NCBI GenBank assembly: GCA_951406725.2
Contig: OX597832.1
Span: 60,636,001 to 60,700,000, forward strand
DNA: 64,000 bases
DNA from: Octopus vulgaris
Taxonomy: Eukaryota
Direction of reading: 5' to 3'
This document shows positions 50,946 to 64,000 of this stretch, piece by piece. The notes beneath the pieces are model-generated. The model did no database searches. It was not told the origin of the DNA and saw only the letters and a list, made by a program, of their open reading frames with translations. A program made the position numbers and the translations under genes. Position 1 is the stretch's first letter; each line of letters opens with the position of its first letter.

Positions 50946-52673
50946 CACTATATATGTACACACACACAAACATACGGTGGTGGATCTCCGTCGTTAGTCG
51001 ATGAGGATTCAGTTGTTCGATCAACAGAATTACCTGCCCCTGAATTAATGTATAAGTGGCTGAATACTCCGCAAACACATGTATCCTTAATTCTCAGAAT
51101 GCACACAACTGGCTTCGGAACAGTTTCCGCCAACCCAGTCTCATTCACAAGGGTATATATAATAAAAGCAAATGACATCTGACCAAGATGTTCCGCCGTG
51201 GGATCGAACCAGAGCCCCCGTGGTCTGGAAGTGAACTTCTTAACCATTCGGACCCTACATCAGATAGATAGAACTTTATGATGTATGCATTTTTGTGTAT
51301 ATATGTACGAATATTTGCATATATATATATATGTCTATGAGCTTGTCACGTTTTCGAATGTTACGTTAACATGCAGCAATCGACTATGGAACGGAATCGA
51401 AGACAATATCGAAATCTATAAATTTTATAAATGAAATATAAAAATAATATCACTTATAAAAGCATTTAATTTCCATAACATTGAAGGGGGTTCATAGATA
51501 TATAAATAACGTTATATGTCTTTAAGTTTAAAAACCATTGAAATACGAGATATTTTCTTCCATATAAAATATTTCTTCAAAAGAATATGTTTATACTTAT
51601 GCTTTTTTTTTCTCAAAGACTGGCCAAAAACATCGATTTTGAAAACATTTTCAATATTTTTTTGAGAGTGAGGTGGAGGGTAAGTACTTGTATTTTTTTC
51701 CTTCTCGTTTTTCTTTCATCCTAATAAATTTTGTAAGTGATTTTGTTAATAATTGCTAAATGCTATGTAATTTTATATATAAATAAAATTCAAAACACAT
51801 GTACATCTATCTATCTATTTATATATATATATACACAAATATACAAGCACAGGTAAATAGATATGTATATATATGCATACTTAATCATACATGTATATAT
51901 ATATTATATACGCGCACAGACACGTGTACCTACGTACGTACGTATGTACCTATGTATGTGGACAATAGTGAGGATCGAGTCAACTCTTTATCTTTAATGT
52001 CTCAGTTAGTTCGACAATGCTACTATCGAGGTTGTGAGAGAGAGAGAAAAAAAACAGAAGCACGGCTCGGTGTGCTTAGGGGCATCTGTTGGCCTTAATC
52101 TGACCTTAACTACGATCAAAAACATTCCACTGATGCCTCCCTCGTCTTTTATTTCGCACAAACTATAATATATCTTAGGACTACATTATCTAATGTGTCC
52201 TTCCCGCTCTCTCGGTTTTTATGCTTCCTATTTAAAAGCAGTCAGCATTTGAGAATAATTTGGCTGTTATTTCTAACAGATTGTGCGACTATATTCTGGC
52301 TGGTGTGCTCGTATGTTTACTTAAATTATTCATTAAACGAAAAATAATCCTTAATTATTTATATTTCTATCAATTATGTAGATATGGGCAGTTGGTTCTG
52401 AAGGTGTACAATATTTAAACAAGCTAAACTACAAATATACATTATAGGAAATGCAACAATAGGAAAATAATAGCCAACAGTTAGTTTTTTTTTTTAAATG
52501 AGGATTTCAGATTATTATAAATTATCCCTATTCGCATGGAGGATTAATTCCAAGTAAAACTACATTGGAAATTTAATCAAATACTTTTCGTAAAAGTGGC
52601 TTTTATTCAGCTCCATATAGAAAAGCCAGATCTATGATTACGATTTCGCCATCACATTAAGAAAAAAGAAAGC

Positions 52674-52705
<32 letters not shown>

Positions 52706-54145
52706 TGTGTGTGTGTGTATTTAAATGTATGTATGTATACGACTATCTTAAAATAGAATGATGAAATAAACACAAAATTCATATATATGTGTTGGAGAGG
52801 AAAAATAACCACAGATCAAACCTGATCGAGGTGTCGCTATGACGAAAAACAAAACAAAAAACAAAAGAAACAATTGCCCTTCCACTACGACAATCCGGTC
52901 TTTCATTTCAGACATAGTTTATCTAGGAATACATCATTAAATGAGATCTTTATTTAATTTATTTAGATTAGAGCTTGCGTGATTTGAGAGAAAATTAGCT
53001 GTTCTTTCAAGCAAACAGAACGACCAGGATTTAAAGGTTCCCTCTGTCTTTCACTGACTCGGAAGCAAAACAGTTTCAATTAATGGCAGCAGGTGGATGT
53101 GATGACAGGTAAAACGGAAGCGAGGACAATTTGGTGTGTGTGTATATGCGTGTATATATATTTATACATACATACACACAAACATAAGATTACTTATTTT
53201 AATATACACACACCACACACATCTTTTTCTATCTATCTATTTATCTATATATCCCTAGAAAAAACTCGAGTATCGTTATTAATAATAAAATAATATGAAT
53301 TCTGACGAGAATCTGAATAATTAATAATAATGTTACTAATGACAAAAATAGGTATAATAATTATGTTGATAAGTGGTGGTGGTGGTCGCTTTGCGCGTCA
53401 CGAACGTAATTAATTGCAAAAATACGAAACAGAGCAGAGAAGACAAAACCATGAGAGAGCAAGGGAGGGGGGTAGAAATAGAGAGAAACTCGGAGTAGCG
53501 ACGCAAAGCCATCAGCAAACCAAGTGCTCCAGCATGGCCTCAGCTATATTGAAAAATAAAGCAAGACTGCATCCGTAACACAGAGAATTAATATAAATAA
53601 TATTAATAAGGAGAATGACGATGATGATGATGATGACAATAATAAATCCCTGTTGGTTTATCACACCAAGACAGGAATGGATATTGTCAATGGTTTTAAC
53701 GATCTTAAGGTGTCTAGGTTAGAGGGAAGAGAGAAGAGAATACAGTTGCCATGACTACAGAGTCTGCTAGAGAATATGCCAGTAGTGGTAATGGTAGTGG
53801 TGGCGGCAATAGTAATGGTAGTAGCAGCAGCAGCAGAGAAGGTTGTAGTAACAGCAGCAGCAACGGCAGCAGCAGCAGGCAGTTTCTGTAGCCATGGAAA
53901 TAGTGGGGCAGTGTTTTTGGAGTACCATTGTGTGTGTGTTGTTATAGTAGTGTGTGTATGTATTTAGTATAACGTCTATGTAAGTTTGCGGGCGAAAAAG
54001 TGTACGTCGATGCAATGTATGTATGACGGCGAATTGTGCGTGTGTGTGTGCATGAATGTATGCGCGTGTATATTTTACTAAAAAGTGTGTATACATGTAA
54101 CTATCAGTGTATCGTTTAGAATAAAGTGGTGCACACAGACACAAA

Positions 54146-54547
54146 CAGGAGTTGCTGTGTGGTAAATAGCTTGCTTACCAACCACATGGTTCCGGGTTCA
54201 TTCCCGGAACCATGCGTGGCACCTTGGGCAAGTGTTATCTACTATAGCCTTGGGCCGACCAAAGCCTTATGAGTGGATTTGGTAGAGGGAAACTAAAAAG
54301 AAGCCCGTCGTATATGCGTGAATATATATTTGTGTGACTGTGTTTGCCCCCCCCCACCCACCCACCCGACATTCCTTGACAACCGATGCTGGTGTATTTA
54401 CGTCCCCGTAACTTAGCGGTTCGGCAAAAGAGAACCGATAGAATAAGTACTAGGCTTACAAAGAATAAGTCCTGGGGTCGATTTGCTCGACTAAAGGCGG
54501 TGCTCCCGCATGGCCACAGTCAAATGACTGAAACAAGTAAAAGAGTA
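54146..54547 (+). mobile_element. SINE family A, full-length, CpG-retaining
   Basis: Least-diverged family A copy in the window, with all blocks present. Confidence 0.93.
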
Positions 54548-54869
54548 TATATATATATATAGATAAATGTATATATACACGCACGCGTACACGTTAACGT
54601 GAGCCTAGTGTGTGTGTAAATGTACGCGAATATATGAATACAAGAGCTTTCAGTGTAGCTTAGGGCTTGCGAGTGATGTGTGTGTTAGGAAGGAAAAACA
54701 GACAGGGCATGTGTGTGTCCGTGTGTATGCAATTAAAAACGTTAGCGAGAATGGGTTTGTGTTATTATATACAAGTGTGTATGTTTATATTGTTGGGCGT
54801 GGAAGTACCTACATACAAACATATTTAGTATGCGTCAGAGTAGATGTATGTAAAGTGGTTAACGGGTGT

Positions 54870-54871
54870 GT

Positions 54872-54902
<31 letters not shown>

Positions 54903-54977
54903 AACATACATACACACACATATATATATATAAAAACATACATACACATTCACATATATATAAACATACACATTCAC

Positions 54978-55008
<31 letters not shown>

Positions 55009-55075
55009 ACATACACATTCACATATATATAAACATACACATTCACATATATATATATAAACATACATACACATT

Positions 55076-55120
<45 letters not shown>

Positions 55121-55163
55121 ATACACATTCACATATATATATATATATATAAACATACACATT

Positions 55164-55202
<39 letters not shown>

Positions 55203-55435
55203 ATACATACACATTCATATATATATATAAACATACATACACATTCATATATATATAAATATAAACATACATACACATTCATATATATATATATAAACAT
55301 ACATACACATTCATATATATATATATAAACATACATACACATTCATATATATATATAAACATACATACACATTCATATATATATATATAAACATACATAC
55401 ACATTCATATATATATATATAAACATACATACACA

Positions 55436-55472
<37 letters not shown>

Positions 55473-55482
55473 ATACATACAC

Positions 55483-55512
<30 letters not shown>
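54870..55512. repeat. Minisatellite AAACATAC(ATAC)ACATTCA(CA)(TA)n
   Basis: About 17 units with variable TA run. Confidence 0.93.
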
Positions 55513-55513
<1 letters not shown>

Positions 55514-55976
55514 TTGTATGTATGTATATTTATACTCACATGAATGTGAGTTTGTAGTGTTTAAAGGAAAGTATGTCAGTCGGAGTGGGTGTGAGATTGT
55601 GAGAACACTGTATGGCCGTGTGTGAATTTCTTATACATGTACGTGCATGTGGTGGATGGGAGTATATACAGTTGTGAGAAAGTTTCGGTGAGAAGCGAGT
55701 GTAAGGTTGTACAATATATATACACATACATACATACACATATTACGAAAATGTGTCACCATGTGAAAATTACAGGGTGTATACGTATATGTGTGTGTTT
55801 GTGTGCATGAGTGCGTTTGAGAGTGTGTTAGTAATTTTTTTTCTTTTTGTGGGTTGGGGGCAGGAGGGCAGGTTTACTCGAAGCAGATAAAGCTATCAAT
55901 AGCGAATAAACGTTGAGTTAATATATCCTTTCGATAGAAAATGGTGGGGTCACACTAGAGCTCGACCCCTCTCCCA

Positions 55977-56011
<35 letters not shown>

Positions 56012-56071
56012 ATAAATATTAGGGAATAAATCCAAATTTACAGGGAAAAAATCAGATTTAGGATTAAATCC

Positions 56072-56125
<54 letters not shown>

Positions 56126-56194
56126 ATATGTATGTATGTATATAAACACATATGTATGTATGTATATAAACATATATGGATAAGTAAATGTGAA

Positions 56195-56563
56195 TGTGTG
56201 GTAAGAAGCTTGCTTCCAACCACATGGTTCCGTGTTCAGTTCCACTGCGTGGCACCATGGCGAAGTGTCTTCAACTATAGCCTCGGGACGACCAAAACCT
56301 TGTGAGTGGATTTGGTAGACGGAAACTGAAAGAAGCCCGTCGTGTATATGTATGTGTGTATATATATATATTTGTGTGAGCGTCTTTCTCAACCCACCAG
56401 CGCTTGACATCGATATTGGTGCACTTATGTACCCGTAACATAGCGGTTCGTCATAATTGACCGATTAAATGAGTACAGGGCTTATCAAAGAATAAGGCAC
56501 GTGGTCGATTTGTTCGACTAAAGGCGCTGCTCCAGCATGACCGCAGTAAATGACTGAAACAAG
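56195..56563 (+). mobile_element. SINE family A
   Basis: TGTGTGGTAAGAAGCTTGCTTCC..GGTAGACGGAAACTGAAAGAAGCCCGTCG..ATGACTGAAACAAG. Confidence 0.9.
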
Positions 56564-56861
56564 AGAACATACACACACACACACATACATTAATGTGCAT
56601 AAACAATCATACACGAGAAACAAAAATATATACATTCCCTTTATTCATACGCACTCGTGCTGGGCTCCATTATAATATCACGAGTTCAAATTCCGCACAG
56701 GGGTCGATCGAATAGACTGGCCCCTCCTTCCAATTTTTCAAGCTTAAAGGATCGTTATCATCATTTTGTCATAATCATTCTATTATTTAATTAATTAAAA
56801 ATATTTGCGACTCTGCACGTCTTTAAGTTTCATCACCAACTCTTCGAAAATAAACATTATG

Positions 56862-56896
<35 letters not shown>

Positions 56897-57148
56897 TGTA
56901 TATCTACACGAACATACTCCTACACACACACGTGTGTGTGTATGTATGCATGTATGTAACAGGGCCACACCCTGAATAAAAAATCAATAGTAAGCTACAC
57001 GTAATTAGCAATGTGTGTACATGAGAGAGGGAAACACACGCACGTGTGTGTGTGTGGATGAAATCATGCGGGTATATTGCGCACGATTTCATCGGCGATT
57101 AAGAAGGACAATGTCCTAACAAGTCGGTGTATGTGTGTGTGTGTGTAC

Positions 57149-57473
57149 TATTCTTTTACTTGTTTCAGTCAATTGTGGCCATGCTGGAGCGCCGCCTTTA
57201 GTCGAGCAAATCGACGCCAGGACTTATCTCTGTAAGCCTAGAACTTATTCAAACGGTCTTTTTGTGCTTACGAGGACGTAAACACACCAGCATCGGTTGT
57301 CAAGCGATGTTGGAGAGAGGGACAAACACACACAGACATATACACACAAACAAATAAAAAATATATACACGAAGGGCTTCTCTCAGTTTCCGTCTACCAA
57401 GTCCACTCACACGGTTGAACCCGGTACCATGTGGTTGGTAAGCAAGCTACTTACCGCACAGCCACTCCTGCGC

Positions 57474-57474
<1 letters not shown>
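57149..57474 (-). mobile_element. SINE family A with internal deletion
   Basis: TTTTACTTGTTTCAGTCA..GTCCACTCAC|..GAACCCGGTACCATGTGGTTGGTAAGC..GCCACTCCTGCGCC. Confidence 0.9.
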
Positions 57475-57546
<72 letters not shown>

Positions 57547-58213
57547 CGTATATAAAACGTGGGACACCACAAATGAGATGTTGATGTATAATGAAATATA
57601 AACAGTATACCTTTAATGTACATGTATGTATATGTGTGTGTATATATGTATGTGAGCTATTGAGTATGTAGTATATTTCGACAAGCATATATACGTGTAA
57701 ATAAGTGCGTATGTCTATTTTATAGATGTGTTGTATGTATGTATGTAAACACGTGAGTCTACATCAAATCAAACAAGTGAATAATTGTGAGAGAAGTCAA
57801 CTAGGCGAATAGCTTATCGTGTGGGTGTATATAAGGTGATATGAGGTCGCTTAAACTGCACAGATACACATATACAGTGAACTAGACGACATAATTACAT
57901 GGGTGTATAAGTTTACATACTTAATGCAATATACTGACTATATACACACACGCGCGCATTATGCATGTATGTGTGTGTGTATATATATATATACTGAGGT
58001 TTACACATAAATGGATAATTGTAAATATAGTATACATATAGTATGTAAGACAAGAATTGTGCGAAGTCTAAGATATATATATATATATATATAATATATA
58101 TGAGTACGTGCACATGTGTGTATAATCATGAATGTACACAAAGTTAGCTGACGAAGTATCAAATTCCAAAGTATACAATAATCTAGGCTAAACATGCATG
58201 TGCATGTGTGTGT

Positions 58214-58262
<49 letters not shown>

Positions 58263-58549
58263 TATTACAAAATAATCACATGCATATATACAAAGACACA
58301 AAAATATTTTAAGTTCGTGTGGTTTGTATGTATTTTTTTATATAATATATGTGTGTATGTATATTTATAGTGTGTGTGTGTGTGTGTGATTACTAAATTT
58401 AAGTTACATTAAGGAAGTAGAAATGTTTATGTTGAATATAAATGGAAATGTGTGTTATAAATACTGCATAAATGAAAGCATATTACTCTACCACTAGTAT
58501 TTGAGTACTCTTTTTTCCACCTTGTTTCACATTTATGTGTTTACTCCGG

Positions 58550-58617
<68 letters not shown>

Positions 58618-59744
58618 TATACATATATATATACATATACACATGAAAATATACACACAAAAATCCATACATACACATGAAAATATACACACAAAAATAT
58701 ATACGATATATATAAATACTTATACAGCATTTATATATAAATCCTTAAATCCTTGAAATGTTTTAGCCCGAAGGCCGCGGCCATGCTGGGGCAATATATA
58801 TATATATATATATATATATAACGAACAGGATTTAAACTTCGAAGTCACTATTGTCATAAAAGCATATGTACTCTATCAAATGTAACGAGTAATTCTTCAG
58901 TTTAATGTAAAATTGTTTTTTTATTATGAGAAAAACAAACATTAAGATATACATACATATATATGCTAGATCGAGAAGAAAGATAGATAGATAGATAGAT
59001 AAGAACACTCAACACGTGTTGTAGAGGTTAAATATTCTCAAGAACAATTTGTAAAGAATCAGCTATACCTTCACGTCTATGAAACTCTGAGTAATGCAAA
59101 TCAAAGTTACAAACTGTGGAACAGCCCCGGGTCAGCTATAATTGAGTATGTCCACATATGATGAGAGACATTCCAGTCGTGACCATCACGTCCTTTTGGT
59201 ATATCTTGACTAAACTATCTACGTTTCTTTTCGTATTTTTAAAACAGCAGGTGGTAGTTTGAAGGTATTTAGCTGCTATTTCTAGTGAGTCGAACAAAGC
59301 GCACAGGGACTTGACTACTCATTAGTAAAACTTGATAACAGTATGTGTGTGTATATGATAGTATATATATGTGTGTGTGTATATATATATATATATAACG
59401 ACTGATAATGAGAAAAGCATTTACCAAGAGAGATGAGGTGTGGAGTGTATACATACCGTAAACCAGAGGAAACCCAATAACTATACATACAGTAGCTACG
59501 AATGTAGAACAAAGAACAAAACTAAGATAAAAAAAAGAAAAGAACTACGTCTTAATTAGTGGATAATGATATAAAAAGCACACGGCTCTTAATTATAGAC
59601 ATTCCTACTCAAACCTGACATGCTAGACAAAGCAACCAAATTTTTGTAAAACAGGCCAATTGTCCTAAAAGATATTTAGAAAAAGGTAACACGCTGGGTA
59701 AGGTAATCTGAAGTGCTCTCTTCCTTGAAACAATAATAGTAATA

Positions 59745-59915
59745 ATCTTTTCATTATAGACACAAGGCCTGAAACTTTAGTGGTGGTGGTGGTGGGGGGG
59801 TAAGTCGATTACATCGACCCCAGTGCGTAACTGGTACTCAATTTATCGCCCCCGAAAGGATGAACGGCAAAGCCGACCTAGGCGGAATTTGAACTCAGAA
59901 CGTAGCGACGGACGA
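59745..59915 (-). mobile_element. SINE family B, 5'-truncated
   Basis: CACAAGGCCTGAAAC..CATCGACCCCAGTGCGTAACTGGTACT..GGCGGAATTTGAACTCAGAACG. Confidence 0.88.
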
Positions 59916-59986
59916 ATAGTAATAATCATATATATAAGAATTTTTTGCGTAATAAGATAAAAAACCATGGCTGTATAGATATTAGA

Positions 59987-60040
<54 letters not shown>

Positions 60041-60113
60041 AGAGTTCATGTAAAAAACAAAAGACAAAGACAGGTGGTGTATAAAACAAAACAGATGAAT
60101 AAGTATAACGCTC

Positions 60114-60159
<46 letters not shown>

Positions 60160-61149
60160 TAGCTAGTTAGTATATATATATAGATATTAGCATGATACAA
60201 GAAATTTGGTGGGATAGTAGAGTTAGTCGATGAAAGTAATTTTATAGGCCCCAGAAGGGTTAAGAAAGCAATCGGCCTCGGCTGGATTTGAACTTCTGTA
60301 TATATATATATATTTTTTTTTTGTCCTAAACAGACAAGATGACCATGGCTTTGAAATGTTTTAGTTGAAGGTCTGTTCGATGAGGGGCGACTTTGTGTTT
60401 AAACAACAGCCCCTACTTCGTGAGCACCACGAACGACCCTTTTATTGTGATCGTGCCGTTTGACACCCTTTACATGCAATTGACACGATTCGGAGGGTTA
60501 AGTATGTCTGTCCTACGAGAGACATAACTATAGAAATGCGTTGAAGGTGAAGAAAGCATTCTAAAAAAAAGGAGTGTTTTGCAAGGAATGTTGAAGTCAT
60601 TCTAAAGACTCAGTATTCGGTCAGGTAATAAATGTTAAAATAAGATCCGCTCTATCAGAGTTGACCTATGACTAAATAACAGCAAGCGGCGAAAATCTCC
60701 CTTAAATCACACCCTCCAACTGTTTTTTTAAAAGCAATAAATACTAGTAAATTAAACAACACGCTATGAGGTACAATATACCTGCAAAAATAGAGAGAGA
60801 AAGAGGAGAATATAGTCACAGCTGGAACATTTTATCATAGATGAAGGTCGACCTGATAGTAAAAAAAATTAAGACAACGGGGGAGATTCGTGTCACATCT
60901 GTAGCAGCCCACGATGACAACTAACGCTCGTATATAATCGATACTTAGAAATACGCCAATATGTGGTCGCACGAGCTGTACTAGTAATAGTGCATTGTTT
61001 GTTACAAGTTGCTTTTAACATAGATTTTTGATGACCACAATACTTGTAAAGAATTTCAAGTGGAAACTTCGACATATACGGTTCTTAACATTCTTCGAGG
61101 CCAAGTAGGACGACACGGAGCTTTCAAATTCGTTTTTATATCCGTTGAT

Positions 61150-61620
61150 CTGAAGGTTAAAATAATGGTTTCTAATTTCTGCACTAGACCAACCAATTTT
61201 TGAGGGTATGGGGTAAGTTGCAATCCCGGGGTGATGAAAGGCAAAGTTGACCTCAACAAGATCTGAATTCATTAAGGTTGAAATTATAATGCTTTCAAAT
61301 TTCGGTATAGGATCAGCAATTCTAGAAAGGGTGGCGTTACTTGCGACCCCGAAAGAATAAAAACTGAAGTTGACCTCGGCGGGATTTAAACTCGTGAAGG
61401 TTGAAATATCATTTTCTGGTTTAGGACCAAGGCGGGCAATATTTTGAGGGCAGGCGGTTAGCTGATTATGTCGACCCTCCACCAAATACAAGACTGGTAC
61501 TTTATTTTATCAACACGAGAGGGATTAAGCGCATAGAAGACTTCGGTGGAATTTGATCTCATGGGAATTAAAATTATAATAGTTGTTACTAAGGCCAGCA
61601 TTTCGAGAGGGGTGGGATTT
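61150..61620 (-). repeat. Diverged tandem array of SINE-B-derived units
   Basis: AAGGTT(G/A)AAAT at about 61152, 61274 and 61397, each followed by a SINE B tail and AAGTTGACCTC..ATT/CTGAA.TC blocks. Confidence 0.7.
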
Positions 61621-63200
61621 TCGGCAGTTCTCGAATGGCGAAATCTTACCGGTATGGAGAATAAACACTAAATGAAATTAGGGCAGGAGCAGAAATGTGA
61701 AGACAACCCGAAATTTGGGGGCAAAATGTTTTTTTCCAAAATCGTTATTCTTGCAATATGAAACAAGAATATAAAACAAAAAGAGGTAAAAGAGCCCTCA
61801 ATTCCGTGTCCTTTACCTTCCCTGTGTCCCCTCTGTGTGTAGCCCTTTGTGGGCAATAAAGAAATATACCTTCCCTAACGAGGTAATATATTATTTTACA
61901 CAAACTTCCTACTGGTTTGTCGATTACTATCGACCCCAGTACTGAACTAGTACTTTATTTTATCGATTCCAAAAGGAGTAATTTTAACCACGGTGGGATT
62001 TTAGTTCAAAACAGTCAAAATAAATATCGCAGATCTCGAACGATTCTGCCAAGCACTGACCTTCCATAATATACGAAATGTTTTTGTGAGTTAGACTTTA
62101 ACAAGATTAAAAAGTATGGAAGGAAATACAAGACATAATCTTAATCTTTTAACTAATGAAACAAATTCGTTTTAAATTATCTTCACAACATTATATGCTC
62201 TACTTACCAACTGGTTATTGTTACATTAAGAGGTTCTGTCTCAGTATGATTGCAATAAGCGGCTTGTATACGCTAAGATAAAAATGTAGTGATATCTACA
62301 CACACACACACATATATACATACAAATACACACACATACATCATACATACATCATACATATTGATAAAGTAGATACAAATCGTTTGCAATGAAGTGTTTA
62401 GAGATTTACAACGTATTAGTAAGTAAGCGCGCGCACATAGATACATACACATAAACACGCGCGTACACACCTCATAACACCCAAAACATAAAGAAAAAAA
62501 TATATATACATTTTTACTAAACATTCTGAAGTTTAACATCTGGATCTGCGAGAGTTTTATAGCTTCTGCATATGTTAATGTGCGCAGTAATGCAATATGT
62601 GTGTAGATATGCAATACACTATATATGTGTATGGGTGTAGATAGTAAGGAATGGGGTGTGTGAATGTATGGGCAATCAGTATGTGTATATATATATATAT
62701 ATATATATAACACTATCTTAATAGCTTCAATTTACTGCCAGGCATTGGTTTACTTCACAAGCTTAACCAGGTCTAAATTACATACGTACGTATGTAGCAT
62801 ATATATATATATGTGTGTGTGTGTGTGGTGTTATGTTATGTTATGTATGGGGTACATTACATACATATAATAATGGCGGTATGTACAGACGGCCAGGACA
62901 CCTTGATCTAGACAAGGGAAAGAAAAAAACATATCTTTAGGTGCCTCTGTGTGTGTGTGTGTGTGTGTGTTATGTAGAAATATGGAGATTGTAAATGTGG
63001 TGGAATGACTATTATAATTACGGCTCCATATTTTCATGGTTAAGTGTGAAAAAGTGGTTAATACAACCGATGTTGTATATATACTCTATATGTGTATGTA
63101 TATATCTACATCTAAATACATATATACACAAACACACACACGATATATCCATACATTTTACACACCATATCTATGTGTAAATGTTTGTATGTGTATGTAC

Positions 63201-63243
<43 letters not shown>

Positions 63244-64000
63244 TATATACGTATGTGTATATATAAAACGTATATATGTATGTGTGTGTACATATAATGT
63301 ATGTATATATAACACTATTAAGTTGATTGCTGTTTATAGAAATCTGAAGAATACACCTTGCCAATTCTTTTCCAGTCTCCACTAAATAAACAGATTGGAA
63401 AACCAGACCATGTTTTTTGGGTTTTGTTTTTTTCCATTTTTCTCTGGTTCTTCACTACCTTTTCACTTAACTACTGTACATGAATGAACATCACAACACC
63501 ACCCATATTATATTAATCACAACATCTCAGGCAGTGGTCTTGTGTGACCCAGTGAGGTCAACCACAAGACTAATTGTAATTCTATACAGAACACATTATT
63601 CCATAGGAACCAAATCACCAGAGAATGTTAACTTAAGACAGACTGGTGTCTTATCCAGGAGCTGTTGTTATCAGAAATAATTAACAGATCAGCTGGGAGG
63701 TTTAAGGGTGTAAGATTTACACTGTCCTGAAAGAGACTTAAACTAGATCGTCCGAGGAGATTTCTTTTTGTAATAGGCTATTGTCTTATCCAGAGGAAGA
63801 TTTTCATCTCGTTTATCAGGAACAGATACCAGATTATCCGAGGATGTTACTAACTGCAGTATATCAGTGTCCTACCTAATAATAGCATCTGGGGAAATTA
63901 CTTGTGATAGACTGTTGTCTTATCCAGGGGGAGATTTATACATCAACTTAACTATGTCCTAATGACCATACCAAACCAATTTCCAATGTATTCCTCAAAG

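Noticed and set aside
54870-55512. CRISPR-like repeat-spacer appearance (also 20820-21200 and 63640-63940)
   Set aside because: Spacers are microsatellite runs or homologous to each other, there are no cas genes, and the context is eukaryotic.

Overview
AT-rich, repeat-saturated eukaryotic non-coding DNA. The SINE families and extreme microsatellite load resemble an Octopus (cephalopod) genome; this is an inference from recalled repeat consensus, not a database result. No protein-coding gene can be supported, and most ORF-track entries are translations of (TA)n/(CA)n/(GTA)n repeats. The window holds at least five dispersed SINE-like families, piggyBac-, mariner-, hAT- and Tc1/pogo-type MITEs (several nested, with readable TSDs), a non-autonomous Helitron, a Helentron/HINE-like element, two decayed RTE LINE fragments and a probable L1/Tx1 fragment. 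Most notable: (i) a tRNA-headed SINE carrying a minimal hammerhead ribozyme, with a 10-bp TSD and an internally inverted architecture (11612-11919); (ii) a second, decayed hammerhead-bearing Penelope-like family; (iii) a 168-nt hairpin whose transitions all give G-U pairs on one strand; (iv) an apparent switch from CpG-poor to CpG-richer sequence near 47 kb, next to a promoter-like patch. Family labels A-E are my own, and coordinates are read by eye.
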